From positions 1 through 51,707 of the forward strand of contig JBOIEE010000011.1 of the NCBI GenBank assembly GCA_050740975.1: a stretch of DNA of 51,707 nucleotides, read 5' to 3'. The notes below the pieces were generated by a model. It ran no database searches. It was not told where the DNA came from and was given only the letters and a program-made list of their open reading frames with translations. Source of the DNA: Gammaproteobacteria bacterium (GTDB lineage: Bacteria; Pseudomonadota; Gammaproteobacteria; JBOHHR01). Position numbers and translations under genes: made by a program. Shown in pieces: positions 26,263 to 35,317 of the stretch; positions within the stretch are counted from its first letter, which is position 1; each line of letters opens with the position of its first letter.

Positions 26263-28218
26263 TCATTCTTGGGACAATAAGGTGGTCACGTAATTTAGTG
26301 CCTCGCGCGCACTATGAAAGTCATAACTGTACTCCTCCACTAGCCTTCTTTCGACCGCCGAGATCTTCTCCTTGGTTTCTTCATCAGGCCGAGCGGGAGA
26401 GGTCACCAGACGCAGTACATCGCGCCGCTCTTCAAACAAATATTGTTCGATAGCCTCATGCAGGCGTGCGTGATTATCGAGGGTGAACTTTTCTCCCATC
26501 TTGTAAGCAACCATTGCTTTCCTCACGACTTCTTGCCGAAAAGCCATCTTACCCGATTCGGATATGCTTATTTTGCTTTCTACGGCCCGCAGGAAACGCT
26601 CGTCAGGATCACGCGTCTCGCCGGTGATGGGATCTTCCACTTCGCGGTTGTCGAGGCTAGCCTCCACCTCATCGAGGTATTTCTCGAGCAGGGACTGGGC
26701 TTCCTTTTGAAAAGAAGCAAACAGCGCTTTGTGCACGTCCTCCTTAACCCAACGATTGTAAAAATCCTTGCGCACCATCACCAGGAAATCCATCCATTCG
26801 CGTTTGTGCTTCGCATCCATTCTGGCATCTGATTCGATGGCGTCTTTGAGCGCTAACAGGATCTCCATGCTGGTTAAACTTTGCAATTCGCTGCGCGTGA
26901 TGGCTTTGGAGACCGCATTGATCACAAAGCGCGGGCTGACCCCTGACATTCCTTCCTCAGGAGTTTCGGTACGAACCCGGTCCACTTCCGCATCACTGAA
27001 CCCTTCCACATCTTCCCCGGCGTATAAGCGCACTTTTTTGGGCAGCGTGAGTCCTTCTCGTTCCGATTTGTGCAGCCGTGTCAGGATCGCAAACACAGCC
27101 GCCACTGCAAGCGCGTGCGGATCTAGATGCACCTCGCGAAAATTCGGTGCCGCGGAAATCAACTTGGCGTAGATGCGGCGTTCATCGTGGTACGACAAGG
27201 TATAGGGCACCTTAACGATGACCATGCGATCCAACAGGGCTTCGTTTTCCTTCTCCTGCAAGAACTTGTGAAACTCAGCCAGATTGGTATGGGCAAGGAT
27301 TGCCTCATCGAGGTAGATCAAGGGAAACCGCGACACCTTGACGTTTTTTTCCTGAGTCAAGGTGAGCATAAGATAGAGAAACTCTCGCTTGACTTTGAGA
27401 ATTTCAATCATCTCCAGTAGGCCGCGGCTGGCGGCGTACACAGCGCCCGACCAGGACCAAGCGCGCGGATGACCCTCATCTCCGTATTCGCTCACCTTCG
27501 ATAGGTCGACAGAACCGACAAGGTCTGCGATGTCGGCGGTGGTGGGGTCATGGGGCGCGTACGTACCGATCCCACTGCGCCCAGCCTCCGAAATAAACAC
27601 CCGGCGCACCGGGAATTGCATGAAATCCCCGCTGAATTCCTCTTCCAAACGAACTCGGCTGAAAGGTGTTAGCTCGCCGCTGATTTCCACCCCATAGGTC
27701 TCCCGAAAATTCCCCCGCAGCGTGTGCGGTACCAGCAACAGGGGGCTTTCGTTAGTCGGCGAGCCTTGCAAAGCGTATAGGGCTCCCTCGTCGGTACGGC
27801 TATATTCTTCCAAGCCCCGCTTGAGCAGAATAACCATGGTGGACTTGCCGCCAGAGGGAGGACCCAATAGGAGCAATAAGCGTCGCCCTACCTCCGAACC
27901 CGCGCTAGCGGCTTTAAAATAATCGGCAACCCGCTCAAGGGCGTCGTCAAGGCCAAAAAGCTCATCGGCAAACAAGCAATATTGCTTTGCTTCCACGCCT
28001 TCTGCCCTCGTTCTGCGCTCATTCCAGCGCAACATGTCCCAAATATACTGGTGGCTGTTACGCGTCAGCACCTCGGGATTGAGAGGCACGACCTCCTCAA
28101 GAAACTGGGCGAACGTACCTTCCCAAAACTTCGCTTTATGCTCCTTTGCGTAGTGCGACAACGACCGCAGGAAGCGAGCGCGGGTGGTGCTATCTCCATT
28201 GTTGCCGTTATTGCCCAT
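26263..28218 (-). CDS. yeaG: PrkA/YeaG family serine protein kinase (AAA+-like N-domain)
   Basis: 651 aa. The P-loop is LLLLGPPSGGKST and the PrkA-type body follows. GGAGA lies upstream of the ATG. It is the first gene of the conserved yeaG-yeaH-ycgB triad. Confidence 0.9.
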   Translation of the reverse strand: MGNNGNNGDSTTRARFLRSLSHYAKEHKAKFWEGTFAQFLEEVVPLNPEVLTRNSHQYIWDMLRWNERRTRAEGVEAKQYCLFADELFGLDDALERVADYFKAASAGSEVGRRLLLLLGPPSGGKSTMVILLKRGLEEYSRTDEGALYALQGSPTNESPLLLVPHTLRGNFRETYGVEISGELTPFSRVRLEEEFSGDFMQFPVRRVFISEAGRSGIGTYAPHDPTTADIADLVGSVDLSKVSEYGDEGHPRAWSWSGAVYAASRGLLEMIEILKVKREFLYLMLTLTQEKNVKVSRFPLIYLDEAILAHTNLAEFHKFLQEKENEALLDRMVIVKVPYTLSYHDERRIYAKLISAAPNFREVHLDPHALAVAAVFAILTRLHKSEREGLTLPKKVRLYAGEDVEGFSDAEVDRVRTETPEEGMSGVSPRFVINAVSKAITRSELQSLTSMEILLALKDAIESDARMDAKHKREWMDFLVMVRKDFYNRWVKEDVHKALFASFQKEAQSLLEKYLDEVEASLDNREVEDPITGETRDPDERFLRAVESKISISESGKMAFRQEVVRKAMVAYKMGEKFTLDNHARLHEAIEQYLFEERRDVLRLVTSPARPDEETKEKISAVERRLVEEYSYDFHSAREALNYVTTLLSQE

Positions 28219-28368
28219 GAAGTCTCTCCGCTTTACCTAAAACCGTGCGCTATCGCCGAATGCCTATTACTAATAGTACAGCAGCCAGGCCACACAGATC
28301 CCAAAGAGCCAAAAAAACCTTGCTTGGTACAGAATGTTGGACTGTACCCGGCAAGTCAAATTCCTCAT

Positions 28369-29229
28369 TCAAACCCCGATTTCGGTGCGCACATCGATTA
28401 ATTCAGGGAAAAATGTCCGTTCCAACGCCTGCTTAAGAAAGCCCACGCCCGAGGAACCGCCGGTGCCCCGCTTATAGCCGATGATGCGTTCCACGGTTTT
28501 TAGGTGACGAAAACGCCAGAGCTGGAAGTTCTCTTCCAGATCGACCAGCTTTTCACACATGGCGTAGGCGTCCCAGTGGGATTTGGGATCGTCATAAATG
28601 TTCTTGAATACAGGGATAAGGCCCGGGTTGCGCTGGTGCGGTTGAGACCAGTCGCGTTGCACACATTCGTGGGGGATGGCGTAACCGGCACGATGCAGAT
28701 GCAATAAAAATTCGTCGTAGATGGACGGAGATTTTAATAGGACTATGATGGCGTCGTATGTCTGCTCGTGGTAACGAAAGATTTCCGCTATGGCCGCGTT
28801 CTTATTACCCAACATAAACTCAATCGCACGGTATTGTGGGGATTGCAAGCCCGATGCGGTTCCCAAAACACCACGGAATTGTACATATTCGCTTGGGGTT
28901 AAGGTCTCGAGGACCGCCCACTGGTTGAACAGCTGCATTTGAATCTGCTTGACGCGCGCAAGGATCTTGAAACAGGGATCTAGGTCATCATTGCGGATGT
29001 GCGCGAGGGCTGCCTTTAGCTCATGAATAATGAGCTTCATCCAAAGCTCGGAGGTTTGGTGTTGGATGATGAACAGCATCTCGTCATGGTGCAGTGGCTC
29101 GCTCAGCGGTTTTTGCGCAGAGAGTAATCTATCGAGGCAGAGGTAATCGCTGTACGTCATGTGGCGGCGCAAATCAAGCCTGATCCCTTCCCCCACATCA
29201 CGGCGGCCGTTGTCGTTTTGGGTTTCCAT
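28369..29229 (-). CDS. kynA: Tryptophan 2,3-dioxygenase
   Basis: MTYSDYLCLDRLLSAQKPLSEPLHHDEMLFIIQHQTSELWMKLIIHEL and GTGGSSGVGFLK are the TDO signature regions. The likely ATG is at 29229 (METQND). Confidence 0.85.
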   Translation of the reverse strand: METQNDNGRRDVGEGIRLDLRRHMTYSDYLCLDRLLSAQKPLSEPLHHDEMLFIIQHQTSELWMKLIIHELKAALAHIRNDDLDPCFKILARVKQIQMQLFNQWAVLETLTPSEYVQFRGVLGTASGLQSPQYRAIEFMLGNKNAAIAEIFRYHEQTYDAIIVLLKSPSIYDEFLLHLHRAGYAIPHECVQRDWSQPHQRNPGLIPVFKNIYDDPKSHWDAYAMCEKLVDLEENFQLWRFRHLKTVERIIGYKRGTGGSSGVGFLKQALERTFFPELIDVRTEIGV

Positions 29230-29355
29230 ATTCGTTTCTCGAAACTTGCGCCTCGGCCCGATTATCCAATCAGGGCAAATGTGCATTGCATTATCCTACG
29301 CTAGTTCGTGACCCAGTCCCAACAAGGGCACTATTATTTAAGACAAGGGTTCGGC

Positions 29356-30480
29356 ATGGAAACATTAGCAGCACCAGGCCTTGCAGGCGTTGTCGTGGGT
29401 TACACGGCGGTCTCTACCGTAGAGGAAAACGGTGACGGACTTTTTTACCGCGGCTACGACGTGGGCGACCTTGCGCGTGAAACGAGCTTCGAGGAAGTCG
29501 CCCACTTATTGATCCACCATGAGCTGCCGACGGCCGAGCAGCTTGCGACATACCGCATACAGCTCACGCGGCAACGAGGGCTGCCGGATCCCCTAAAGAG
29601 CATCCTGGAGCAATTGCCGCAGGATGCGCATCCGATGGATGTCGTGCGTACGGCTGTTTCAGCACTGGGCTGTTTGGAGCCCGAGACTCCCGCTCGAGGG
29701 GCGCAGTCTGTCGCCGATCGGCTATTAGCAGTTTTACCCTCGATGTTCCTGTATTGGCACCATTTTCATAGCCGTGGGGTACGGATCCAGACCGCCACCG
29801 AGGCACCGGACATCGCCAGTCACTTTCTTTGCTTGCTGCACGGCCGACTCCCGGAGGATCTGATTCGGAAAACGGTAGATGCATCGTTGATTTTGTACGC
29901 CGAGCACGAATTTAATGCTTCTACCTTCAACGCCAGGGTCACTACTTCGACCCTCAGCGATGTCTATTCTGCCCTGACCAGCGCCATAGGCACCCTGCGC
30001 GGACCGCTGCATGGCGGCGCCAACGAAGCCGCTATGGAATTGCTTGCCGAGTTCAGCTCGCCGGATGAGGCGGAGAGAGAAATCAGGCACCGTCTGCGAG
30101 GCAAGAAGGTGATCATGGGATTTGGTCACCGCGTCTATAAGCGGCGTGATCCCCGCTCCGACATCATCAAAGAGTATGCACGCCACCTTGCCGAAGCGAA
30201 GGGGCGGCAGGATTTGTTTGCCATTTCCGAGCGTATCGAGCAGGTGCTGCGACGGGAAAAGGGATTGTTTCCCAATCTGGACTTCTATAGCGCCTCGGCC
30301 TATCACCTGTGCGGGATCCCCACTTCTTTGTTTACGCCCTTGTTTGTAGTATCCAGGACCAGCGGGTGGATCGCGCACATCATGGAACAGCGCCAGGATA
30401 ACAAGCTGATCCGCCCGCTCGCCGAGTACCGCGGACCGCCGCCACGGGCGCTGGTGCCCTTACGCGATCGCGGCCCCTAA
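29356..30480 (+). CDS. prpC: 2-methylcitrate synthase / citrate synthase family
   Basis: [45 protein letters not shown] and [10 protein letters not shown] are citrate-synthase motifs. It is followed directly by a PrpD-family gene. Confidence 0.8.
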   Translation: METLAAPGLAGVVVGYTAVSTVEENGDGLFYRGYDVGDLARETSFEEVAHLLIHHELPTAEQLATYRIQLTRQRGLPDPLKSILEQLPQDAHPMDVVRTAVSALGCLEPETPARGAQSVADRLLAVLPSMFLYWHHFHSRGVRIQTATEAPDIASHFLCLLHGRLPEDLIRKTVDASLILYAEHEFNASTFNARVTTSTLSDVYSALTSAIGTLRGPLHGGANEAAMELLAEFSSPDEAEREIRHRLRGKKVIMGFGHRVYKRRDPRSDIIKEYARHLAEAKGRQDLFAISERIEQVLRREKGLFPNLDFYSASAYHLCGIPTSLFTPLFVVSRTSGWIAHIMEQRQDNKLIRPLAEYRGPPPRALVPLRDRGP

Positions 30481-30488
30481 GCGTGCAC

Positions 30489-31910
30489 ATGGCCGAGAAC
30501 ACACGCCCGCTTGCTGAAGAGGACCTACTCGCGGCTATAACCGATTACGTCTACGCAGGGCGCATAAGCAGCCCCGAGGCCTTTAAAATTGCCCGCTACT
30601 GCCTCCTCGACGCCTTGGGCTGCGCGATCGCGGGCCTCGCTCATCCGGTTTGCCGAAAACATCTTGGGCCGCTGGTGCCTGGGGCCGAATTGCCCCTCGG
30701 CGCCCGCGTGCCAGGGACGACCCATAGACTTGATCCGGTGCAGGCTGCATACAACATCGGCTGTTTGATCCGGTGGTTAGACTACAACGACACCTGGTTG
30801 GCCGCCGAATGGGGCCATCCCTCCGACAACCTCGGTGCGATATTGGCTTGTGCCGACTATGTCGCCCAAAACACACCCACGCCGATTCGCATGCGCGATG
30901 TACTAGCGTATTTAATCAAAGCCTATGAAATCCAAGGGGTGTTAGCGCTCGCGAACAGTTTCAACCGGATCGGCTTGGACCACGTGTTCCTGGTGCGGGT
31001 AGCCTCTTCCGCAGTAGCCACGGCGGTGCTGGGTGGGGGACGCCGGGAGATCATCAATGCCCTCTCGAACGCCTTCCTCGATGGCGGCGCACTGCGCACC
31101 TACCGCCATACCCCTAATACGGGCTGGCGTAAGTCCTGGGCGGCCGGTGATGCGACGGCTCGCGGCGTACGTCTCGCGCTGATGGCTACCTCCGGCGAGA
31201 TGGGTTACCCTCTGGCTTTGTCCGCTCCCCAATGGGGGGTTTGCGACGTTTTGTTTCAGGGCAAGCCGCTCAGCCTGGCCAGATCTCTGGGCTCTTATGT
31301 GGTCGAAAACATCTTATTTAAAGTCAGTTATCCAGCTGAATTCCATGCCCAAACCGCTGCCGAGTGCGCGGTTCAGCTGCATACGCGAGTGCAGGATCGC
31401 CTGCATGAAATTAAACGCATTGTGCTCACTACCCAGACTCCGGCAATGCGCATCATTAACAAAGCCGGGCCGCTCACTAACCCGGCGGATCGCGATCATT
31501 GCCTGCAGTACATCGTGGCCGTGGCCTTGTTGTACGGCGACTTGAAATCGCAGTACTACGAGGACCTCACGGCCTGCGATCCCCGCATCGATGCTCTGCG
31601 GGAGCGCATGCAGGTGATCGAAGAGCCACGCTTCAGCCGAGACTATCTCGACCCCGATAAGCGCTCGATCGCAAACGGGGTAGCCATACACTTCGTGGAT
31701 GGCTCTACGGAGTCGTGCCTCATCGAATATCCGCTCGGGCATCGGCGTCGGCGCGAAGAATCGCTACCTCATCTGCTGGAGAAGTTTCAAACCAACTTGA
31801 CTCAGCATTTTTCCTCGGGGCGGCGCAAAAAATTAGCCGCCTTTTTCACCCAAGCAGATGCGTTTGAGACGATGCCGGTCGAGGAGTTCATGGGGCTATG
31901 GGCGGGTTAG
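30489..31910 (+). CDS. prpD: MmgE/PrpD family 2-methylcitrate dehydratase
   Basis: ~473 aa with [22 protein letters not shown] and [13 protein letters not shown]. The start is ATG at 30489 or GTG at 30483. Confidence 0.8.
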   Translation: MAENTRPLAEEDLLAAITDYVYAGRISSPEAFKIARYCLLDALGCAIAGLAHPVCRKHLGPLVPGAELPLGARVPGTTHRLDPVQAAYNIGCLIRWLDYNDTWLAAEWGHPSDNLGAILACADYVAQNTPTPIRMRDVLAYLIKAYEIQGVLALANSFNRIGLDHVFLVRVASSAVATAVLGGGRREIINALSNAFLDGGALRTYRHTPNTGWRKSWAAGDATARGVRLALMATSGEMGYPLALSAPQWGVCDVLFQGKPLSLARSLGSYVVENILFKVSYPAEFHAQTAAECAVQLHTRVQDRLHEIKRIVLTTQTPAMRIINKAGPLTNPADRDHCLQYIVAVALLYGDLKSQYYEDLTACDPRIDALRERMQVIEEPRFSRDYLDPDKRSIANGVAIHFVDGSTESCLIEYPLGHRRRREESLPHLLEKFQTNLTQHFSSGRRKKLAAFFTQADAFETMPVEEFMGLWAG

Positions 31911-32959
31911 GTTTTACGCCCATTAGTCGAGCTATGGCCTCTGCACCCGGCTGATGCACCAACCCCCGTTCGGTAACGAGGACGTCGACCAATGCTGCTG
32001 AAGTGACATCGAATACTGGATTCCAGGCATTCGCCCCTGTTGTCGCTACCGGAATGCCATTGAAGGCCAGGATCTCGCTCGGAGGGCGGTGTTCGATGTG
32101 AATCGCCTCTCCGCTCGGCGTGTCCACGTCCACCGTACTTGATGGAGCAACCACCATAAATCGCACATCGTGCGCCCGTGCGGCCAGCGCCAGGACGTAG
32201 GTGCCTATCTTGTTGGCCACATCTCCGTTGCCCGCAATGCGGTCTGCACCGACGATGACCCAGTCAATGGCCGCGCATTTCATTAGATAGGCCGCAGCAC
32301 TATCGGCGAGGAGGGAAACCGGGATCCCGTCTTGCGCAATTCCCAGGCTGTAAGCCTCGCCCCTTGCAGCCAGGGGCGGGTTTCCGTCGCATAGACCTTG
32401 GTAATCCTCCCTTTGCCATACGCGGCCCGGATGACACCGAGGGCCGTGCCGAACCCGCCGGTGGCAAGCGACCCTGTGTTACAGTGGGTGAGGACCCGCG
32501 CGCCAGGCTCGATCAAGGAAGCCCCTAGCTCGCCCATGCGCCGGTTAGCGGCGAGATCTTCGCGCTGGATGGCGGTTGCTTCGGCAAGCAAGGTCGGCGT
32601 CGGATCGCCATGGATGTCGGCGAACAAAGCGCCCATGCGCGATAAGGCCCAGCGCAGGTTCACCGCCGTGGGGCGGGCCTGTGCTAACTGCTCCAGCGCC
32701 GGTTGCACCGCGTCCCGCCAGCGCTCGCCGGCCTGGGCATACGCCTCCCCCCCGCGAGCGCTACCCCATAGGCGGCCGTGATCCCGATTGCCGGGGCGCC
32801 GCGCACAACCATGTCCGCGATCGCACGAGCGACTTCGCCTGCGGTGCTCAGGCGAAGATAGCAAACTTCTCCCGGGAGCTTGCGTTGGTCGAGCAATTCC
32901 AAGCCATCGTCCCGCCAATGCATGGCCCGCACCGAGTCAAAGCTGTTGATATCCGGCAT
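31888..32959 (-). pseudogene. mtnA: S-methyl-5-thioribose-1-phosphate isomerase (MtnA), split over three frames by two 1-nt frameshifts
   Basis: The three track ORFs are consecutive MtnA pieces. 32684..32959 has [20 protein letters not shown] and [19 protein letters not shown]. 32283..32918 has [21 protein letters not shown] and [16 protein letters not shown]. The frame of 31888..32283 reads [45 protein letters not shown]. Frame breaks lie in a C7 run (32747-32753) and at about 32330-32334. This may be an assembly artefact. Confidence 0.8.
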
Positions 32960-33047
32960 TGCTTCCCTCCGTTATTAAGGTGAGATCCTATACCCGGTGC
33001 CGACACAACACCTATAATGAGCCGCCAAGCATTTGTTTCGCCTTCCC

Positions 33048-34373
33048 ATGCAAGTCGACACCCTGGTTCACGCGCGCTGGGTGATCCCGGTGGAGCCGCG
33101 CCAAGTCCTGCAGCACCATAGCCTCGCGATAGCTGGCACCAAGGTGGTGAACATCGTTCCCACACAACAAGCGGGTGAGGTGTTCCAAGCGCGGGAGACC
33201 TACCATCTGCCCCAGCACGCGCTGATCCCCGGCCTCGTAAACGCCCATACCCATGCCGCCATGAGCTTGTTTCGCGGTATTGCCGATGATCTGCCTTTAA
33301 TGGAATGGCTAAACCAGCATGTTTGGCCCGCCGAGCAAAAATGGGTCAGCGCGGAATTCGTGCACGATGGGGCCTTGCACGCCGTTGCGGAGATGCTGCG
33401 GGGGGGAACAACGTGCTTTAACGATATGTATTTCTTCCCGGACGAAACGGCTGGGGCCGCGTCGGAGGCAGGGATCCGGGCCTGTGTGGGCCTTATTCTG
33501 ATCGATTTTCCCTCCCCTTGGGCCACCGACGCGCAGGACTATTTCCGCAAAGGCCAAGCGGTCCACGACCGGTTTCGCGATCACCCCTTGGTGAGCATTG
33601 CACTCGCTCCGCATGCGCCCTATAGCGTCTCAGACGAGGTCTTGGTGCGGGTTCGGGCCTTGGCGGAGGAGCTGGACCTGCCTATCCACATGCATGTGCA
33701 CGAAACCCACGATGAGGTCAAAGACGCGGTAGCACGCACCAGCGAGCGCCCCTTGCAGCGCTTGTCGCGCTTAGGGCTGTTATCACCCCGGCTGCTGGCG
33801 GTGCATGCCACCCAGTTGCGCGATGAGGAAATCACCACCCTCGCACACTATGGCGTGCACGTCGTTCACTGCCCCGAGTCGAATCTCAAACTCGCCAGCG
33901 GTTTCTGCCCGGTCGATGCGTTGATACGCCGCGGGGTTGGCGTCGCCCTGGGAACCGACGGGCCGGCCAGCAACAACGATCTCGATATGTTCGGCGAGAT
34001 GCGGGTAGCGGCTTTGCTTGGAAAAGCAGTTGCGGGTGACGCCAGGGCGCTCGATGCGCACACGGTGCTAGCCATGGCCACTTTGAATGGGGCGCGTGCT
34101 CTGGGATTGGACTCGCTTATCGGTTCACTCAGACCGGGAAAGGCGGCGGACATCGTGGCCGTCGATCTCGGTGACATTGAAACCCAGCCTTTATACGATC
34201 CCCTATCACAGCTCATTTACGCCGCCGGCAGAGATAAGGTAAGCCACGTTTGGGTAGCTGGGCGGCCGGTGGTGCGTGACCGAGCGTTGCTTACCTTAGA
34301 TAAGACCGCGATCCTGGAACGCACCAGGCTGTGGCAGGAGCGACTTGCGGCGTTTCGCGGCCACACGAATTGA
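33048..34373 (+). CDS. mtaD: 5-methylthioadenosine/S-adenosylhomocysteine deaminase (amidohydrolase, TRZ/ATZ family)
   Basis: The metal-binding motif is GLVNAHTHAAMS. Other motifs are HMHVHET and LGTDGPASNNDLDM. It is divergent from mtnA. The ATG is at 33048. Confidence 0.8.
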   Translation: MQVDTLVHARWVIPVEPRQVLQHHSLAIAGTKVVNIVPTQQAGEVFQARETYHLPQHALIPGLVNAHTHAAMSLFRGIADDLPLMEWLNQHVWPAEQKWVSAEFVHDGALHAVAEMLRGGTTCFNDMYFFPDETAGAASEAGIRACVGLILIDFPSPWATDAQDYFRKGQAVHDRFRDHPLVSIALAPHAPYSVSDEVLVRVRALAEELDLPIHMHVHETHDEVKDAVARTSERPLQRLSRLGLLSPRLLAVHATQLRDEEITTLAHYGVHVVHCPESNLKLASGFCPVDALIRRGVGVALGTDGPASNNDLDMFGEMRVAALLGKAVAGDARALDAHTVLAMATLNGARALGLDSLIGSLRPGKAADIVAVDLGDIETQPLYDPLSQLIYAAGRDKVSHVWVAGRPVVRDRALLTLDKTAILERTRLWQERLAAFRGHTN

Positions 34374-34403
34374 AAGCTCAATGAGGCGCTTCGATAAATT
34401 ACG

Positions 34404-35087
34404 TTAGGCTGAGCTGGCGGGCGCAGCAGGGAGTACCTCATCCGGGACCTCGCTGGACCGGGAATGCAGGCCGCATAGCTCATCCCACCGATTGACGATG
34501 GCACAAAACAGATCGGCGGTGCGCTCCGCGTCGTAGATCGCCGAGTGCGCTTCCCCTTCCTCCCATTTCAAACCGGCGGCTTGCACGGCGCGCGAGAGCA
34601 CGGTCTGCCCATAGACCAAACCCGCAAGCGAAGCCGTGTCAAAGGTGCTAAAGGAGTGAAACGGATTGCGTTTGATGCGGCTGCGGCTAGCCGCCTCTTT
34701 TATAAAAGCGAGATCAAAGGCAGGATTGTGCCCAACCAAGATCGCCCGGCTGCACGCATACTGGACTACTTGACGCTGCACTTCGGTAAATATCTCCTCG
34801 AGCGCTTGTTTCTCGGAGACTGCGAAGCGAAAGGGATGGTAGGGGTCAATGCGGTTAAACTCCAGGGCGGCACGGTCCAGGTTAGCACCCGGGAAAGGCA
34901 GCACGTGGCGCGCCATGGTGCGCTCGCGATCCCAGCGCCTGCTATCATCCACATGCAGCGAGACCGCCGCTATCTCAAGCAAGGCATCGCGCTTGGCGTC
35001 AAACCCCGCGGTCTCTACATCCACTACCACAGGCAGAAAGCCTCGGAACCGAGCCTTGAGGTATTTATTTCCTCCCACCATTTTCAA
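34404..35087 (-). CDS. rnt: Ribonuclease T (DEDDh 3'-5' exonuclease)
   Basis: RFRGFLPVVVDVETAGFD (ExoI), VGHNPAFDLAF (ExoII) and HSAIYDAERTA (ExoIII, DEDDh) are present. Length is 227 aa. Confidence 0.85.
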   Translation of the reverse strand: MKMVGGNKYLKARFRGFLPVVVDVETAGFDAKRDALLEIAAVSLHVDDSRRWDRERTMARHVLPFPGANLDRAALEFNRIDPYHPFRFAVSEKQALEEIFTEVQRQVVQYACSRAILVGHNPAFDLAFIKEAASRSRIKRNPFHSFSTFDTASLAGLVYGQTVLSRAVQAAGLKWEEGEAHSAIYDAERTADLFCAIVNRWDELCGLHSRSSEVPDEVLPAAPASSA

Positions 35088-35160
35088 TGAGGCATCGATT
35101 ACGTCAAACGCTCTTGTCTTCGTGCAGCCCTATCCGCGGCGGCACGAGCTCAGGATTTCT

Positions 35161-35199
35161 TGCATAAACGAGGCTATCCGAAACAGCCTCGTTTATGCA
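35161..35199. repeat. Perfect 15-bp inverted repeat with a 9-nt spacer in the rnt/ligD divergent intergenic region
   Basis: tgcataaacgaggct-atccgaaac-agcctcgtttatgca. I checked that the arms are exact reverse complements. Confidence 0.9.
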
Positions 35200-35317
35200 A
35201 TACCGGTAAGTGTGCCTAAACGGTTAGCGCCGTCTTTTTCGGCGGGGTTTCACCGTCGCGGTTGCTGCTTGAGGGGTTTTTTCAAAAACCATTCGGCCCT
35301 CCTATAATAACCGTTTC

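Noticed and set aside
28219-28368. Sigma54-type promoter (TGGC...TGC) upstream of prkA
   Set aside because: The candidate tgtgTGGCctggcTGCtg has the wrong spacing between the GG and GC elements relative to TGGCAC-N5-TTGC. It is not supportable.
32848-33254. Minus-strand ORFs spanning the mtnA / mtaD intergenic region (32848..33165, 33012..33254)
   Set aside because: They overlap the 5' ends of both well-supported divergent genes and have low-complexity translations.
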